From assembly GCA_032718475.1 (NCBI GenBank), contig JAUCBJ010008493.1, positions 1-62,580 on the forward strand: 62,580 bases of DNA. Reading direction: 5' to 3'. Under the pieces are notes generated by a model that searched no databases, was not told the origin of the DNA, and saw only the letters and a program-made list of their open reading frames with translations. Of this stretch, positions 1 to 12,267 are shown piece after piece. Position 1 is the stretch's first letter; each line of letters begins with the position of its first letter. The stretch comes from Nemertoderma westbladi (lineage: Eukaryota; Animalia; Xenacoelomorpha). The position numbers and the translations under genes were made by a program.

Positions 1-1484
1 TTATTATCTCAGACTCCCACCCCACACCATGTGCTTCTTATATAATACTTGAATTAATATTAAATAGAATATATAGTAAATGTCGGTGCTTTTTCCTTGC
101 TTATAACAGCTCACTATTGGGTATTTTATACTTTGACCAAAGCTGATGCCCAATGCAATCCAACCTTATACACAATATCGATGGTTATGGTTCCTTTTAA
201 CCTATTAGTCTTTGCAATCCAATTCTGTTGTTGGATCTATTTTGCAGCTTTTGTTTAATGGTTAACTAACATGTATTATTATTATTATATATATTTGTAT
301 ATTATATGGTATTATATGTTTATTTAGCTCTGAGGCATTGGTTGGACTGCAGCACCATATTTGGGATTCCCAACAAAAGAAAATTCCAGAACGCTGGAAT
401 TTATAGATTCAATGTTGTTTAGTACGGAAGCCCAGAAGAGCCCTGTCACACTTTCTCGCATGTTATTAATTTCAATACAATTGTATACAATTCCTTGAAA
501 TGTATACAAAAAATGTAGTAATTGTATACAAAAAATAAAAAAACACATCCTTGACAGTAAAGTGATTGTATCTTTTATATAACTACTCCACAACTTCGGC
601 TAAACGCCATTATACCGGTACAGTTTTTGTTACAACTGTCTCTCTAGTAGTTGACTACCTGTACTGTAATAACATAGGCACAGTTTAGGCCTGCTATTAC
701 ACTCATTGTGTTAATGAAATTTAAAATTCCCTCCCATTCATTAAACCTTTTACCAATGTATACAATTTTTGGTATACAATTAATTATATTCCATTTCCAG
801 AGCGACCATGTCACCCTGTTTGCTATGAGCTTTCAGTGTGCGCGCGTTCATTGTAGCAATCTTTTGTGTTTACATTTACAACCGGTTGGTTCTTCTTTCT
901 TATGTTTTTTTTTCAAAAATATGGCAGAGATTGGGATTCGAACTCGATACTTACGCCTAACAGTCATAGCAATTGAGCTACTGGTACATGTCACATTTGT
1001 TTTAAAGACCAAACAAATAAGGCAAACTACAGTTTGTTGCAAACTTTACAAACAATCATTGTTTGGTGTTTTTTGTTTTTTAACCGAAAATCAGGCTATA
1101 AAACACCAACATTTTCCCCAATAAGTAATATTTGCTCCGATAAACCTTGAGAGTTTATGTTCAGGGATTCTAAACTCCACCCACAGCAAATATTTTGTGT
1201 TCATATATAAACATTTTGAAATATTATTGCGGAGGAAGGGGGAACCTTATTTCCCCACTGTTTCCTTTTAGCCTGATAGACAATAACTGCAGTAATGTAA
1301 TTCAAAGTTATTAGGAAATGGAAACAATGTTTTCAATTACAAAGACGTTTTTTTAAAATCTAAATGATAAAAAAAATAGAGAAAATTTGCAGTTTTGCCG
1401 TGGTGACTTCATACAAGCACCCTACCCCATTCAATATAAGAGACAGACAGGGGGAAACTGAACACCAAGGCGAATTAATATCTT

Positions 1485-1645
1485 GCCTCAATGTTCAAGG
1501 AGCAGGTTACAGTGGCACGTTGTTCTAACCAAAACAATAAACGAAACACAATAGACCAGGTTAAAGTTTTATTTTTGAGAGTTTATCAGCTGTTATTTGC
1601 ATCGAATTTACCCTGGAGAGGAATGAATTTGATTGCAATCAAAAT
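1485..1645 (+). repeat. Dispersed repeat family copy (other copies ~5004-5175 +, ~9193-9282 -, ~33778-33840 -, short piece ~4488-4512 +)
   Basis: Shared blocks aggagcaggttacagtggcacgtt, ggtta(a/c)agttttatttttgagag and gaatgaatt recur in both orientations; family not identified. Confidence 0.7.
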
Positions 1646-1682
1646 CAATCAAAATTCTGTCGACACCCCATGGGGAGCACCT

Positions 1683-1724
<42 letters not shown>

Positions 1725-2006
1725 ATTTCGCTTAATTTCGTTTAGAATTGTAGGAGAAGATACATATCGTACATTCCTACAAACTGTGTTTTTTTAGCAT
1801 ATACAATAATTGTACAGTCGGTAGTCGGTACATGGCCCCAATGTTTCGTTTTTCTTTAATAGGTTAATACATAGGCGAGTAACTTATTACAACAATAGTG
1901 ATAACAATGGATCCGTCCATTATTGCCAGCTCGCGGCTGGCAAGCTTGTCCGATTATTTATAATCTACTTATTAATATTCTAGAACCAGAATTCAATATA
2001 ACCCAC

Positions 2007-2187
2007 CTATTAGCATCATCAGTAACTCCCTCGGGTGCGCATTTTTCTGGGCTTCCTCCATCCACTGCCCAACATCATCGAAGCTCTTCCTGTTGGTTAT
2101 ATCGTAGACTAGGATACAGGCCACTGACTGTCTATAATAGGAGCGAGTTATAGCTCGGAACTTCTCTTGACCAGCAGTGTCCCAAAT
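2007..2187 (-). CDS. RAB39: Rab39-like small GTPase, exon 2 (remaining exon(s) not found in window)
   Basis: Manual translation [61 protein letters not shown] contains G3 WDTAGQE and RabF motifs. tag| acceptor and G|gtgggt donor; in phase with exon 1. Not in the ORF track. Confidence 0.9.
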
Positions 2188-2640
2188 CTACAAAGTTAAA
2201 CTATTACGATAAACGTCGATGGATATTGTCGGGTCGAGGTTTAAATATTTGTGACTCCGAAAAATACAGTATGGAACAAGAAACCTAAAACTGGTGCAAA
2301 TGCAAGTCTGTGGGATAAATATTATATATTTGTGGGAAATATATTTGTCCATATTTATTTGGCGATGTGAAAAGATACGGCTGTATCCTGTAAGGTTAGG
2401 GTACAAACAAGCTAACAAGCATACAACCAACATCCAATGAAACAAGGCAGCGACGCCAAGGGTAGGACATCTATCTTACCTAGTACCGGTAATCTATCTG
2501 TTCCCCTATTCATATTCGTTAATTAATAATTCACCAGACAAAATAGCAAACCAATAGCTGAATAGGGAGTTGCATGAATCTGTGAATACAGGAATGCAGG
2601 ATATCCCCTACCGGTACAAATAAATTTCCCGAAACATAAC

Positions 2641-2847
2641 CTGGAGTTTAATCCTGTGTTCCGGCTCCAGTTCCAACAATCTGGCGGAGAAGTCGACCCC
2701 GACCGTCGGTTCGGTTGCATCGTACCGCCCATCGGTAAAACTTCGTACCAAGCAGGTTTTACCAACCTCGGGATTACCGATAACTATAATCCGGAACTGG
2801 TACTCCCAGATTGGCCCTCGACACTCTGAAGGCGATAATAACGCCAT
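2641..2847 (-). CDS. RAB39: Rab39-like small GTPase, exon 1
   Basis: Translates MALLSPSECRGPIWEYQFRIIVIGNPEVGKT...PTVGVDFSARLLELEPEHRIKLQ. This resembles the Rab39 N-terminus (IWxYQFRxIVIG, PTVGVDF, LLE.EP..RIKLQ). Ends at CAG|gttatg donor, phase 0. Confidence 0.85.
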
Positions 2848-3535
2848 CCTTTCTTATACACGCCCAGACGTACCGGTACCGTACACCAGACGTACAGCAG
2901 ACTCAGGCAGTCAGGGGACTGGGGTAATCTGGCAGCGCAGGGGTAACGGATGAAACGCCAGAAGAACGGAGTTTTGGTCTGGTGTTGTCGACAGTTTAAT
3001 CAACGTCGAATCTGGTGCGACTGACCACTGACCTGTTGACCACACGAGTCATGTATGCTGTAGCTGTAGCCTACTGCCAACTTCAGAACTTCTGTACTGA
3101 ACAAGCTCAGAAGCTGGAAGATTAGCAGATTCTTAACTGGAAGTGGCTGCGTGTGGCGTGTGGCTGTGGGTGGCACTGGCGTGGTGGCAGTTACAGAGTT
3201 ATCTAAACAATGTAGATTATTCAGTTATTTCTGTATTTCCAAACTGTAAACAGCGACAAGCTGACAAGTTTTCGTCATACAGATACAATATGCAATACCG
3301 AAACACTGAAACAGCGGAACCGGAACACTGAACAGCTGGAAATGGCAGACAAGTTTAAAATTATAAACTGTTGTTGTTTGAATCAAGGACTTCTGGACTT
3401 GGTTTGAATTTATGATGACATAATGCAGTAATGAATAATGATTACAGATTATCTACTGATCTATGATTACAGCTACAGGGTACATACAGTACTTATAATA
3501 CTGCAGTACTGCTGTACTGTAATATCAAGCAAAAG

Positions 3536-3575
3536 CAAGGACTACTGAAGCAGTCTTAAGCTTCAGTAGTCCTTG
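3536..3575. mobile_element. 40-bp P-superfamily-like transposon remnant / excision footprint
   Basis: Perfect 16-bp inverted repeat CAAGGACTACTGAAGC / GCTTCAGTAGTCCTTG around an 8-nt spacer, flanked by AGCAAAAG / GGCAAAAG (7 of 8 match). Confidence 0.55.
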
Positions 3576-4712
3576 GGCAAAAGGGCTGAAGCAGTGAAGA
3601 GGATTGCCGGATTGCCTACACAATCTTCAGATCTTCGTTCAGTCTATAGCAGTTTGTTCAGTTGTTTATAAAGGGCTGCCTGAAGGGTATAACCTCGGCA
3701 ATAAAGGCAGATTACACTAAGCTAAGCTTGTAAGGCACCATGGTACCGGTATAATGTGTAAGCAAAGCGAGGGAAGTAAACTATACGATTGTTTACGATC
3801 ATATTATTGTCAATTGTTGTTTTATGTAGGCAAAGCCAGCCATGCCAAACCTCCCGGCCTAATATGCCAACGCTCCTCATCCTCACCCATTGGGAGGTTT
3901 GTCATGTTTCAATATCAATAATGGTTGGGTCTGGACTGTTTATTGTTCATTACGTGCGCGTTGAGCATAATTCATTGTACAGTATATTGCTATAGTATTT
4001 TCTTCAATTGTTTATATAATATTTCAGTGCAGGCTTTTATTATAGATATACGAGAACTGAAATCGTAGCATTTAAATTTAAAACTGAAATTCGTAATTTC
4101 AATGGAAATGTAGAATTTTGAAGAAGTAATCATCATCAATTTGATGACAGACTCCTATAGATCTCAAAAAATATTTTAACTGAAACCTGAAATACATTAT
4201 ATTCGGGCTGTTTGCATGCTATATCTGAATTGCACCACCTGCCTACCTTAGAAAAAATGGAATAAATTATGGTCGTCTGTCGGTGTTAGATAATTTTTAA
4301 TATTTGACCTACTGCTGCGTACTGACGGAATGTTATATAATGTTCGTTAATTAATATTGAAATTGGTGAACACGAACACGAAGACAGTAATCCAACAAAT
4401 ATTATTAATAATAATACTGTGGGTGTTGTGCTATAATCATGCATCATCAAATCCAATCTCGGCGAGTTAACAATGTTTAAATATTAATTAAGGGAAAGGA
4501 GCAGGTTTCAGTTGTATGCTGTATGTATGTTTATGTTGTATGTTAATCACAGTGACACAACCCCCCCCCCCCCCCCCCCCCATCCTCCACACCTACAGTA
4601 TTTCACCCTACATAGAACGTCGCCAAAATCCAAAAATGTATAGATTACCAAACCGGTTTGGAGCGGTTATGGATATATCCAATTTTAAGTTGATTTACCT
4701 TGAACTTTACAG

Positions 4713-4886
4713 AGAATTAGACAATATAACGAAGGAAGTTGCCTCCAGCGATGCTCAGTTACATGTCCTGAACAAACAGATTCGAAGATCGGAGAAAGCG
4801 TTCAGTCGACTACGTAAGGATGAGAAACGGTTAAATCGGAAGCTGGACGAAGAAAGAGACGCTAATCAGACTCTGCGCCAGAAAGG
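4713..4886 (+). CDS. Coiled-coil protein (tentatively CCDC175-like), first clearly visible exon (internal, phase 2)
   Basis: ttacag| acceptor; ELDNITKEVASSDAQLHVLNKQIRR...LRQKG is heptad-rich; GG|gtaagg donor. Confidence 0.8.
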
Positions 4887-5272
4887 GTAAGGAAAATTGC
4901 CACTCTGACTATTAGTAGGCAATATAGTCCGGTGTAGTGTAATTGTTCGAGGCAGGGGGGTGGGGGACTCGACGCAAATCCCGCCTTGGCGAATTAATAT
5001 CCCGCCTCAATGTTAAATTATCAATTTAGGGAAAGGAGCAGGTTACAGTGGCACGTTATTTTAACCAAACTTAATAAACTAATCACCATAGAACAGGTTA
5101 CAGTTTTATTTTTGAGAGTAACCAGCTGTTATTTGCGTCGAATTTCCGCTGGAGGAGGATGAATTGTTATTGCGTCCAGTTTCCCCCCATATCCGAATTG
5201 TTCTAGCTCCAAAGCAGTGTTTTAAGTCATAAGATATCTTTCAGTAAGTTTACCGTTATTTTTGATATTTAG

Positions 5273-5427
5273 ATTAGAGATTCAGAGGAACGATTTGAGA
5301 GCTCAATTGCGTTTTGCAGAGGAAAAGGTAAAGTTGGAAGAAGAGCTCGACCAAGTGGGTAAGGAATACGATGCTGCCAAAGATGAGAATAAAGTTCTGG
5401 AGAAAAAAAAGAAAAAGCTAACTAGAA
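5273..5427 (+). CDS. Coiled-coil protein exon
   Basis: tttag| acceptor, LEIQRNDLRAQLRFAEEKVKLEEEL..., A|gtaaga donor; phases match both neighbours. Confidence 0.85.
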
Positions 5428-6254
5428 GTAAGAACTTTGGGTGAACAATACTGTAGTAAGGCCTAGCCTATTATAATGTGTAGGTCTACATTTTCGTTAT
5501 ACAGAATAAAAACTGCAAGAAATGTTTTTATTCTTAAATTGTTACTTTTTCTCGTCTCGAACAAATACAATAAACACCAAAATCGGGAGAAAAACGAGTA
5601 CCATTTTTACCTTGTGAAAAAAGTTACCCATAGGATAATATTGATTTTACTTTTTACTAAATTAAAACATTTTTGGTTAATTTCTTCAATTTTATTACAT
5701 ATTGATTTGAAAGGTCATCGAAGTAGAAAATTTTTGTTAAATAATTTGAGAAAAATCCATTCAAACACTCGAAAGTTATTGCAACTTTAGTGTCTGGGCG
5801 GCGTACTCCGAAACAGGAACTCAATATCCAATATTGGTTTATGTAGAGGCCTACTGTAGTTAAGCGGTTGAATTATTTAACATTGAATAAGGCAGCATCA
5901 GGAGTTGAAGAGTTAAATAATATGAATCGCAGTAACTATGGAAGCAATATAGAAAAATTCCACAGTTCAATTTATTTTATTACACTACGGTATATCGCTC
6001 AATCTTTTATTTTAATAATTAAGCAACATAAAAGTACCAATTTAAAAATGAAATTGCGTATTACATTGAAAAATTGAAAAAAAAAAGCAATAACATGTTT
6101 TTTTCAACATTATCTTAACCCTTTATTAACCTCGCTGGCGCTCGGGAAATAAAATGCCTCGAGTGTAGTGAAAAAATATGTACTTTATTTCCCATGTAAT
6201 AAATTATTATAGTAGGCCTAAGTGGCCTATATAAGTCTTGTAATTCTGTAAATT

Positions 6255-7085
6255 TAATAATAATAATAATAATGTATATTTCTATAGCGCCTCTCTAGGC
6301 TTATTTCGAGGCGCTTGACAAACAAAGTCTAACCATCAACAAATAACAAATACTGTAGCAATATCTATACGTAAAATAAGTTATGGTAGTTTTTAAAAAC
6401 TAGTATAAAAACGAGTTAAAATTTATTAATCGTACTCCATATGAAATAAAAATGTTTTAAGACCAGATTTAAAAGCGCCAAGCGATTAGGAGTTTCGAAG
6501 GTCTAGTGGGAGGGAATTCCATATTTTGGGTGCGGCGACGGAAAATGCGAGCTTGCCGTAATTTTCTAGGTTGTATCTGGGGATTTCTGTATCTGGGGAT
6601 TCCAGAGTTACCAGATTACAGTAACCGCTGTGGCTCATATCGCGTTAGTACAGTAGGTTCCGTAGGTAATCGGGTGTCTGATTGGTCATGGTCATGCATT
6701 TATATGTCAACATTGCGATCTTGTATTCTATTCGACGGTGTACTGGGAGCCAATGTAGCCTTTTTAAAACTGGGCTAATGTGGTCGTGGTCCCTTTTCTT
6801 TACTCCCCCTACTAGTCGAGCCGCCGAATTCTGTACGTATTGTAATTTTGTTAAGTATTTTGTAGGCAATCCATAATACAGCGCATTATTATAATCTAAT
6901 TTGCTTGTAATAAATGTGTGAACCAACGTTTCGAGATCATCTTTTGACAGGTACCGCTTTATCTTTGATAATTTACGCAGATGAAAGAAAGCACCAGGTA
7001 CAGTATTAGCTATCTGTTTACTGAATGTTAAATGGGAGTCAATAATAAATCCAATATTGCGAGCTTTGTCAGTGAATCCCACCAA
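6255..7085 (-). mobile_element. 5'-truncated L2-type (CR1/L2 group) LINE fragment
   Basis: ORF 6645-7085 has post-RT motifs (NIGFIIDSHLTF, SKLDYNNALYYGLP, LQYVQNSAARLV, HISPVLKRLHWLPV). The 3' end has an agcgcc...ggcgct stem-loop followed by an (ATT)n tail at 6255-6273. Confidence 0.9.
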
Positions 7086-7216
7086 GAAATATACTTTCTG
7101 ATCTTTTGAGGAATTTATCAGTGTGGTTTATTATAATTACATTTTAATTTTACTTGAAAATGTATCTGCACCAATACTTTATTTACTTTATCTACTTTAT
7201 TTACATCCATTACCAG

Positions 7217-7391
7217 AGTTGGATGCTGCTTCTGATATCCGATCTGACGACGCCAGTAAAGTGAAAGCGATGCAATCTTCTCTGAAGTTGAAGAGGGACG
7301 AGTTGAACCGTCTCGCGGAGGAGGCGGCTGAGATGATGAAAGACACGATGAGAATGGAGGAAGATATGGTTCTTATGAAAGACGACCACGA
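7217..7391 (+). CDS. Coiled-coil protein exon (precedes ~41-kb intron)
   Basis: ccag| acceptor, LDAASDIRSDDASKVKAMQSSLKLKRDELNRL...KDDH, GA|gtaagt donor (phase 2). Confidence 0.85.
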
Positions 7392-7984
7392 GTAAGTACA
7401 GTACGTCAGTAACGGAACTGAGGGTACATAACGACCTCCAGGTCAGTGTAATACTGCGGTATAATAGTTAGTTGTAGGGAACCGTTCATTAGTCCAATTT
7501 TTATTCATAATGTAATATTTCTCAGCTCCGTTAGTTGTGAATGTAATCCGTGGCCTAACGGCCGAAGAAAACTTTACTGTACTAATTTTTTTTACCGGCG
7601 ACCCGGACAGTTGCGACCCGGACTATTGCGACCCATAATTTTATTAAATTTGCTGGGTCGATATTGTACGGGTAGCTAGCCACATTGAAATTACTGTAGC
7701 TACATTTTAAAATAGTGACTACATTATTCGCAATGTTATATTCTGGAATGTTTTTTATATTAATTTTACTAATTGTATTATAATTACTGTCTGCATTTAA
7801 TTACAATAGCTACATTTGAACAAAAGGGAGCGTTTGGCCTTACATTATATGCAATTAGATATTCTGGAATGCTTAGAATTAAAATTAATTGTTTTGGCAT
7901 AACCTACGTATATTGTTAACACTGTTCATGCATTATTTTATCTAGCTATTGATATAATATATTTGAAATCTTTATAATGTTGTA

Positions 7985-8410
7985 CTAGAAAGCCAGCAAG
8001 CTGGCTTTAAACGAATCTGGCCCTCAAACCAGTATCCTGAGTGAGCGAAAATGAAAACACGAAAATTGCCATCAACTCAACGATAGAAACACCAGCTGCT
8101 GGTACTCCTGAGGGCCTAAAATAAGCTACTATTTATTGAATGGATAGGCCCAAACTGCAGAGAAGTATATTACTTGCTAAATTTATTACTCTCTCACTCT
8201 ATCCTAGACAGTAATCAAACATCAACTGTTAGTATGTATAACCGCCAGCTGAAATAGCTCTTCCCAGTGAATCCTATGGGAATATCATTGTAAGCACTGG
8301 GCCGTTCAAATGTTTTATAGGTTGATGATAATGAATGAGGGGGGACTCAACTAACACTACGTCTGTCTATATGGACGGTGGCCTTACAGCCAGCTGGCTG
8401 GCTTTTCTAG
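7985..8410. mobile_element. MITE-like element with ~26-bp imperfect terminal inverted repeats
   Basis: Left end ctagaaagccagcaagctggctttaa versus reverse complement of right end ctagaaaagccagccagctggctgtaa; no coding capacity. Confidence 0.55.
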
Positions 8411-9759
8411 CTGAATCATATTATTCTGCAACCAATAATTTACTCTTTTAGACGAATTAGTGCGTTTTTTTTGCCGGAATAAGAAATTCGAGATTGGCGA
8501 TATTTGAAAAGATTCTGAGGCTCAAATATGTTGCTCAGATGACTGAATATCTCAAATAAAAAAGTTGGTGCATACTCGATGAGTTGAAATCGGTGAAATT
8601 CGACTTCAAATTTTCAAAACCGCTATTTTTCAGTGACCCCTTGATCGAAACGCCACAAAAAATATACAGTCTTGTGCGCAACCAAAATTTATGTAGAGTT
8701 TGTTATTAAAATATTTGCGTACCTGCTGGAGTTTTTGAGATATTGGAGGTTTATACATATATACACACTCACACACACAACCACATCGTGTTTTTGAACG
8801 GCTCTACTCTTGACAAGAACTACCCTGGCCTATTAATAGGCAGGTTCGTTATAACTATTTATTTATGATCGGGTTTCAATTGTCCTAACTTCAATTTGCA
8901 ACACATTTCTAAACGCCGGCGATCCACCGCCCTGAGAAACGTAGGCGGTAACGTAATAACTATATGTTGAAGTCAGAGGAAATACTGTACAGTAACAAAA
9001 TGACGAAATGTGTTATTAACAAAGTTTCATTCACAGTCTGTGTTAGGGGCCTACCGTTCAGTTATTGCTCGTTTACTGGTGGTTATCTACATTCACCTAC
9101 ATTTCTTCGGCAATGTCGTCCCTCCTTGGACTATCCACATCAGACTGACAGTATATAGAGAGGGGGGGGGGGGGGGGAGGGGGGGGATTATCGTCGCAAT
9201 CAAAATTCATTCCTTTCCACTTCCCAGGGGATAATCTACGCTTATAACTGACTGATAACTCCCAAAAATAAAACTGTAACCTTTAAGTGTTCTCAAAAAA
9301 CAATATGACTTACCTGTGTTTTAGCCAATAGTTTTTAGTTAAAAAAATGCTCCCATAACGCGGCCATTATAAGACGATCCATTAACTATTTTACCTATTA
9401 TTTGTTATTTTTATTGCTGTCAGTCGCTTCTGTATCGGCTTCACTCTTATTGTTATGTTGTGAATAAATATATAATAATAATATTGTGTGTTCTCTGTTT
9501 GCACAAGGGATGTGGGAATGGTTCATAGGCATGATAATCTAACCAATAAACCAGTCAATAGCAAAGGTTACAGTTCCACTTTTGCTCGTATTCAGCTGGA
9601 ATTTTGGGTAGATTTCCCCTGGTCCAGGAGTGATTGTGGTTATCTTTTAGGATTTTCTTAAAATTAGGTGTAAATATTTTATAATTTAATTATTTATGAA
9701 ATTAATACTTCTTATAATTAAACTTGGGGACTAATTATGCTACATTGTTTGTACATAGT

Positions 9760-10965
9760 TGTTCGCGCTTTCAGACCTTTGGCAGTTTAACCCGCCAAAT
9801 TAGGATGTCTTTTAGATAATAAATCACTTTTAGCCTCTGACAAGTATTTGATTCACTACACTAGTCGAAACCAATCGGTGCGCGATCATTCACCCGCTGG
9901 ATATACCCGGGAGATTGGGTTCGACGGCTTAATCTTATTGCTATGTAAGCCTAATGTATTATTCGACTGACAGTATTATATAATCTCTGACAATATTATT
10001 CACCTTCGGGGAATATTAACAGTTCCTTTAGGACGTGGCGCTCTATCTATAAACAGAGTTATGACTTAAACTACTCACAACGATATGGCTTAGTTACAAT
10101 TCACATATATGGCGCATTCTTTAGGAAATGCTTCGTTATCAGTCTCACTCATACACAATGCTGCACAATACTGCACACTGATCTGCCGATCTTCACTGAT
10201 TTTAGTCACATATAAAAGGAACACGGACCGAATCATGTAGGGTCTATCAAATAACATTAGATTCACTTCAAACCACTTTAACATAAGTCACAATCGTTAT
10301 ATGTAACCTTTCTCTCTTACCTTCGGTATATCAAGAATATTGGGTTTTCGGGGTTATTTATCGTTATTCCAAATATAATAATTCATCAACAAATATAATG
10401 AATAACCGACAGCAAAGCAGTAATGTTAAGTAAGATAAATGCAATGAGATAACCAGTGAGATATTAAGTCAGTGAGTTGAGTCCAGTTTGATAACGGATA
10501 TATGTCCTTATAATTAAGCCTACTAGTGTTAGGCTAAAAGCAGAAAAGCACAAAATATTGCAAAGCCGTTCTTTCCTGGCTCAGGACAAAATGTAAACAC
10601 TGCCCATAACGCATTGCGTGATTTCTAGGAAATTTCTGTACAAGAGCCATAAAAATGCTCTGATTGGCAGACTGAACTGAGAGACGCCGTAGAACAAAGA
10701 AAATCGACACGTATGAATATCAGCTGTTAACCGTCGTCATAGTAACTACTGTTCAAGAGTAGCTATCACCTTTTGCGTCACGGAATTGCCATAGAATCAT
10801 CAACTATGCCTTCCACAGTACACATACGGAGGAAATAGCTCTTAGATCCTCTAAAAAACACCGATACAGTAATAATACGGTCTCTTACACCTATTAAATC
10901 AACTACAGAGTATTTTAATGTAAAAATAATAAAAATAACGGGGCAATTCAGCAAAGGCTTTTACA
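9760..10965 (-). repeat. 3' LTR (1206 bp)
   Basis: TGTTCGCGC...TTTTACA. Differs from the other LTR by about four substitutions and one 2-bp indel seen by eye. Confidence 0.97.
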
Positions 10966-10973
10966 CCGCTCCC
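10966..10973 (-). promoter_or_regulatory. Polypurine tract
   Basis: Minus strand reads GGGAGCGG immediately before the TGT of the 3' LTR, fixing element orientation. Confidence 0.75.
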
Positions 10974-11043
10974 AGAAAATGGGATTTTCAGTCTATAAAA
11001 TATAAAAATCACAGTTTCTAAAACCTAAAGATACTCTAAACAG

Positions 11044-12267
11044 TTAGTCTTTCTTACGCGGACGGCGTTTACGCAGTTTCTTGAGGCTAGCAAGAGTCCT
11101 TTTCTCTTTGGGGCGAGCCACTTTACGAGGAGGGCTGTAGCTCCTAGGCGAAGGGTGCAATACAATTGCATCAGAAGGTGTAGGGTTACGATCGGTATAC
11201 CCGCCGGTCGAAGTGCCTGGTTGATTAATATCAACCTTGGGGGAGCGAGGTCTAACGGCCTTGAGAGTGCGTCTCAGGACAGCAGCTCCTACGGGTCCTT
11301 GCCGGGTCGTCTGGACACTAGCGGTGGGTGGACCGTGAGTGGTGAGGAACTTTCTCGGTTTAATGGTTCTCTCCAGCTCGCGTTCTCGGGTTCGATATTC
11401 ATATGGTCGCCGAGATACTTCCTGTAGTTCAGGATGTGAGTTCACAAAGATGTCGCCATACTCAGGGTCCTGACGGATAAAATTGATCAGGTGATATGTG
11501 GTTATATCATTAGGGTTAACGTTTCTAAGGTATTTTCTGACAAACTTGGTGGAAATACACTCACCAACACGCTTCATTAACTCGTAACTTGGTACGCGTG
11601 TTTTCTGTTCAATCGACGCGAATAGATAAGGATGGAACGCGTAAACTCCCTCGTAAGCTCGTCCAGGGTAATAGCGATGTCGGGATTCGCAATGTAAATC
11701 CGCGTTCGCTTCCCAAGCTCGGATGTATCGCAGGGTGATCATCTCGTCTACGCTCTCTAAATCGCGATTAAAGGGACAATTGTAACTTTCATGTCCTTTA
11801 AGTTGACAGTAGTGACATTGAGTCATAAATTGTGGGCAGACGGCAAAAATATGAGAGTTATTAAGCCTGCAATAAGCACAATATACTTCCATCATCGGTT
11901 GTTCGAGGAAATAGGAACAAGGTACGCTCGAGTCTAGAGGGGTGAAGTGGTCTCTCGATGCGCATAATCGACAACGTTTTCGAGAAACGTAGTTGGCGTG
12001 TCGATAATCGTACGCTGTGAGACGTTGTGGACCTTGATACCACTCTATGACATAATCATTGTCACTGCTCCGGGAAGCTGTAGGCTGAATCGCTTCTGAT
12101 TCCAAGCATACTGGTTCATCTTCCAGCTGTATAGACGAAGTGGGTGCGTCTGTCTCAGTAAGTGGATCCACTGTCTGTATTTCCACGACAGAATAACCTG
12201 TAGGTATTCGGGGTCTTTGTATAACAGATGAATAAGTTCTGTATACAAACGTCTTGAAAAACTGCAA
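11044..12267 (-). CDS. Accessory ORF inside the retrotransposon: three CCHC-type zinc fingers and a basic C-terminal tail (true start unknown)
   Basis: 407 open codons in element sense. Contains CRLC-x4-H-x9-C, CAYC-x5-H-x4-C and CHYC-x4-H-x4-C; ends SPRSYSPPRK...KKLRKRRPRKKD. Starts at TTG, so probably joined to upstream sequence. Confidence 0.75.
   Translation of the reverse strand: MQFFKTFVYRTYSSVIQRPRIPTGYSVVEIQTVDPLTETDAPTSSIQLEDEPVCLESEAIQPTASRSSDNDYVIEWYQGPQRLTAYDYRHANYVSRKRCRLCASRDHFTPLDSSVPCSYFLEQPMMEVYCAYCRLNNSHIFAVCPQFMTQCHYCQLKGHESYNCPFNRDLESVDEMITLRYIRAWEANADLHCESRHRYYPGRAYEGVYAFHPYLFASIEQKTRVPSYELMKRVGECISTKFVRKYLRNVNPNDITTYHLINFIRQDPEYGDIFVNSHPELQEVSRRPYEYRTRERELERTIKPRKFLTTHGPPTASVQTTRQGPVGAAVLRRTLKAVRPRSPKVDINQPGTSTGGYTDRNPTPSDAIVLHPSPRSYSPPRKVARPKEKRTLASLKKLRKRRPRKKD

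Noticed and set aside
324-1745. Short ORFs as the missing Rab39 exon 3 or separate genes; poly-G tract at 1686-1723
   Set aside because: No G4 (N/HKxD) or G5 motif was found. The ORFs have low-complexity AT-rich composition, and the poly-G adjoins a dispersed repeat.
8824-8860. Palindrome CCTG-GCCTATT-AATAGGC-AGG as a Helitron/Helentron 3' hairpin
   Set aside because: Plausible, but no matching 5' end or second copy could be established in the window.
10090-10284. Identical 64-aa ORFs here and at 26406-26600
   Set aside because: Simply part of the duplicated LTR; no recognisable motif.
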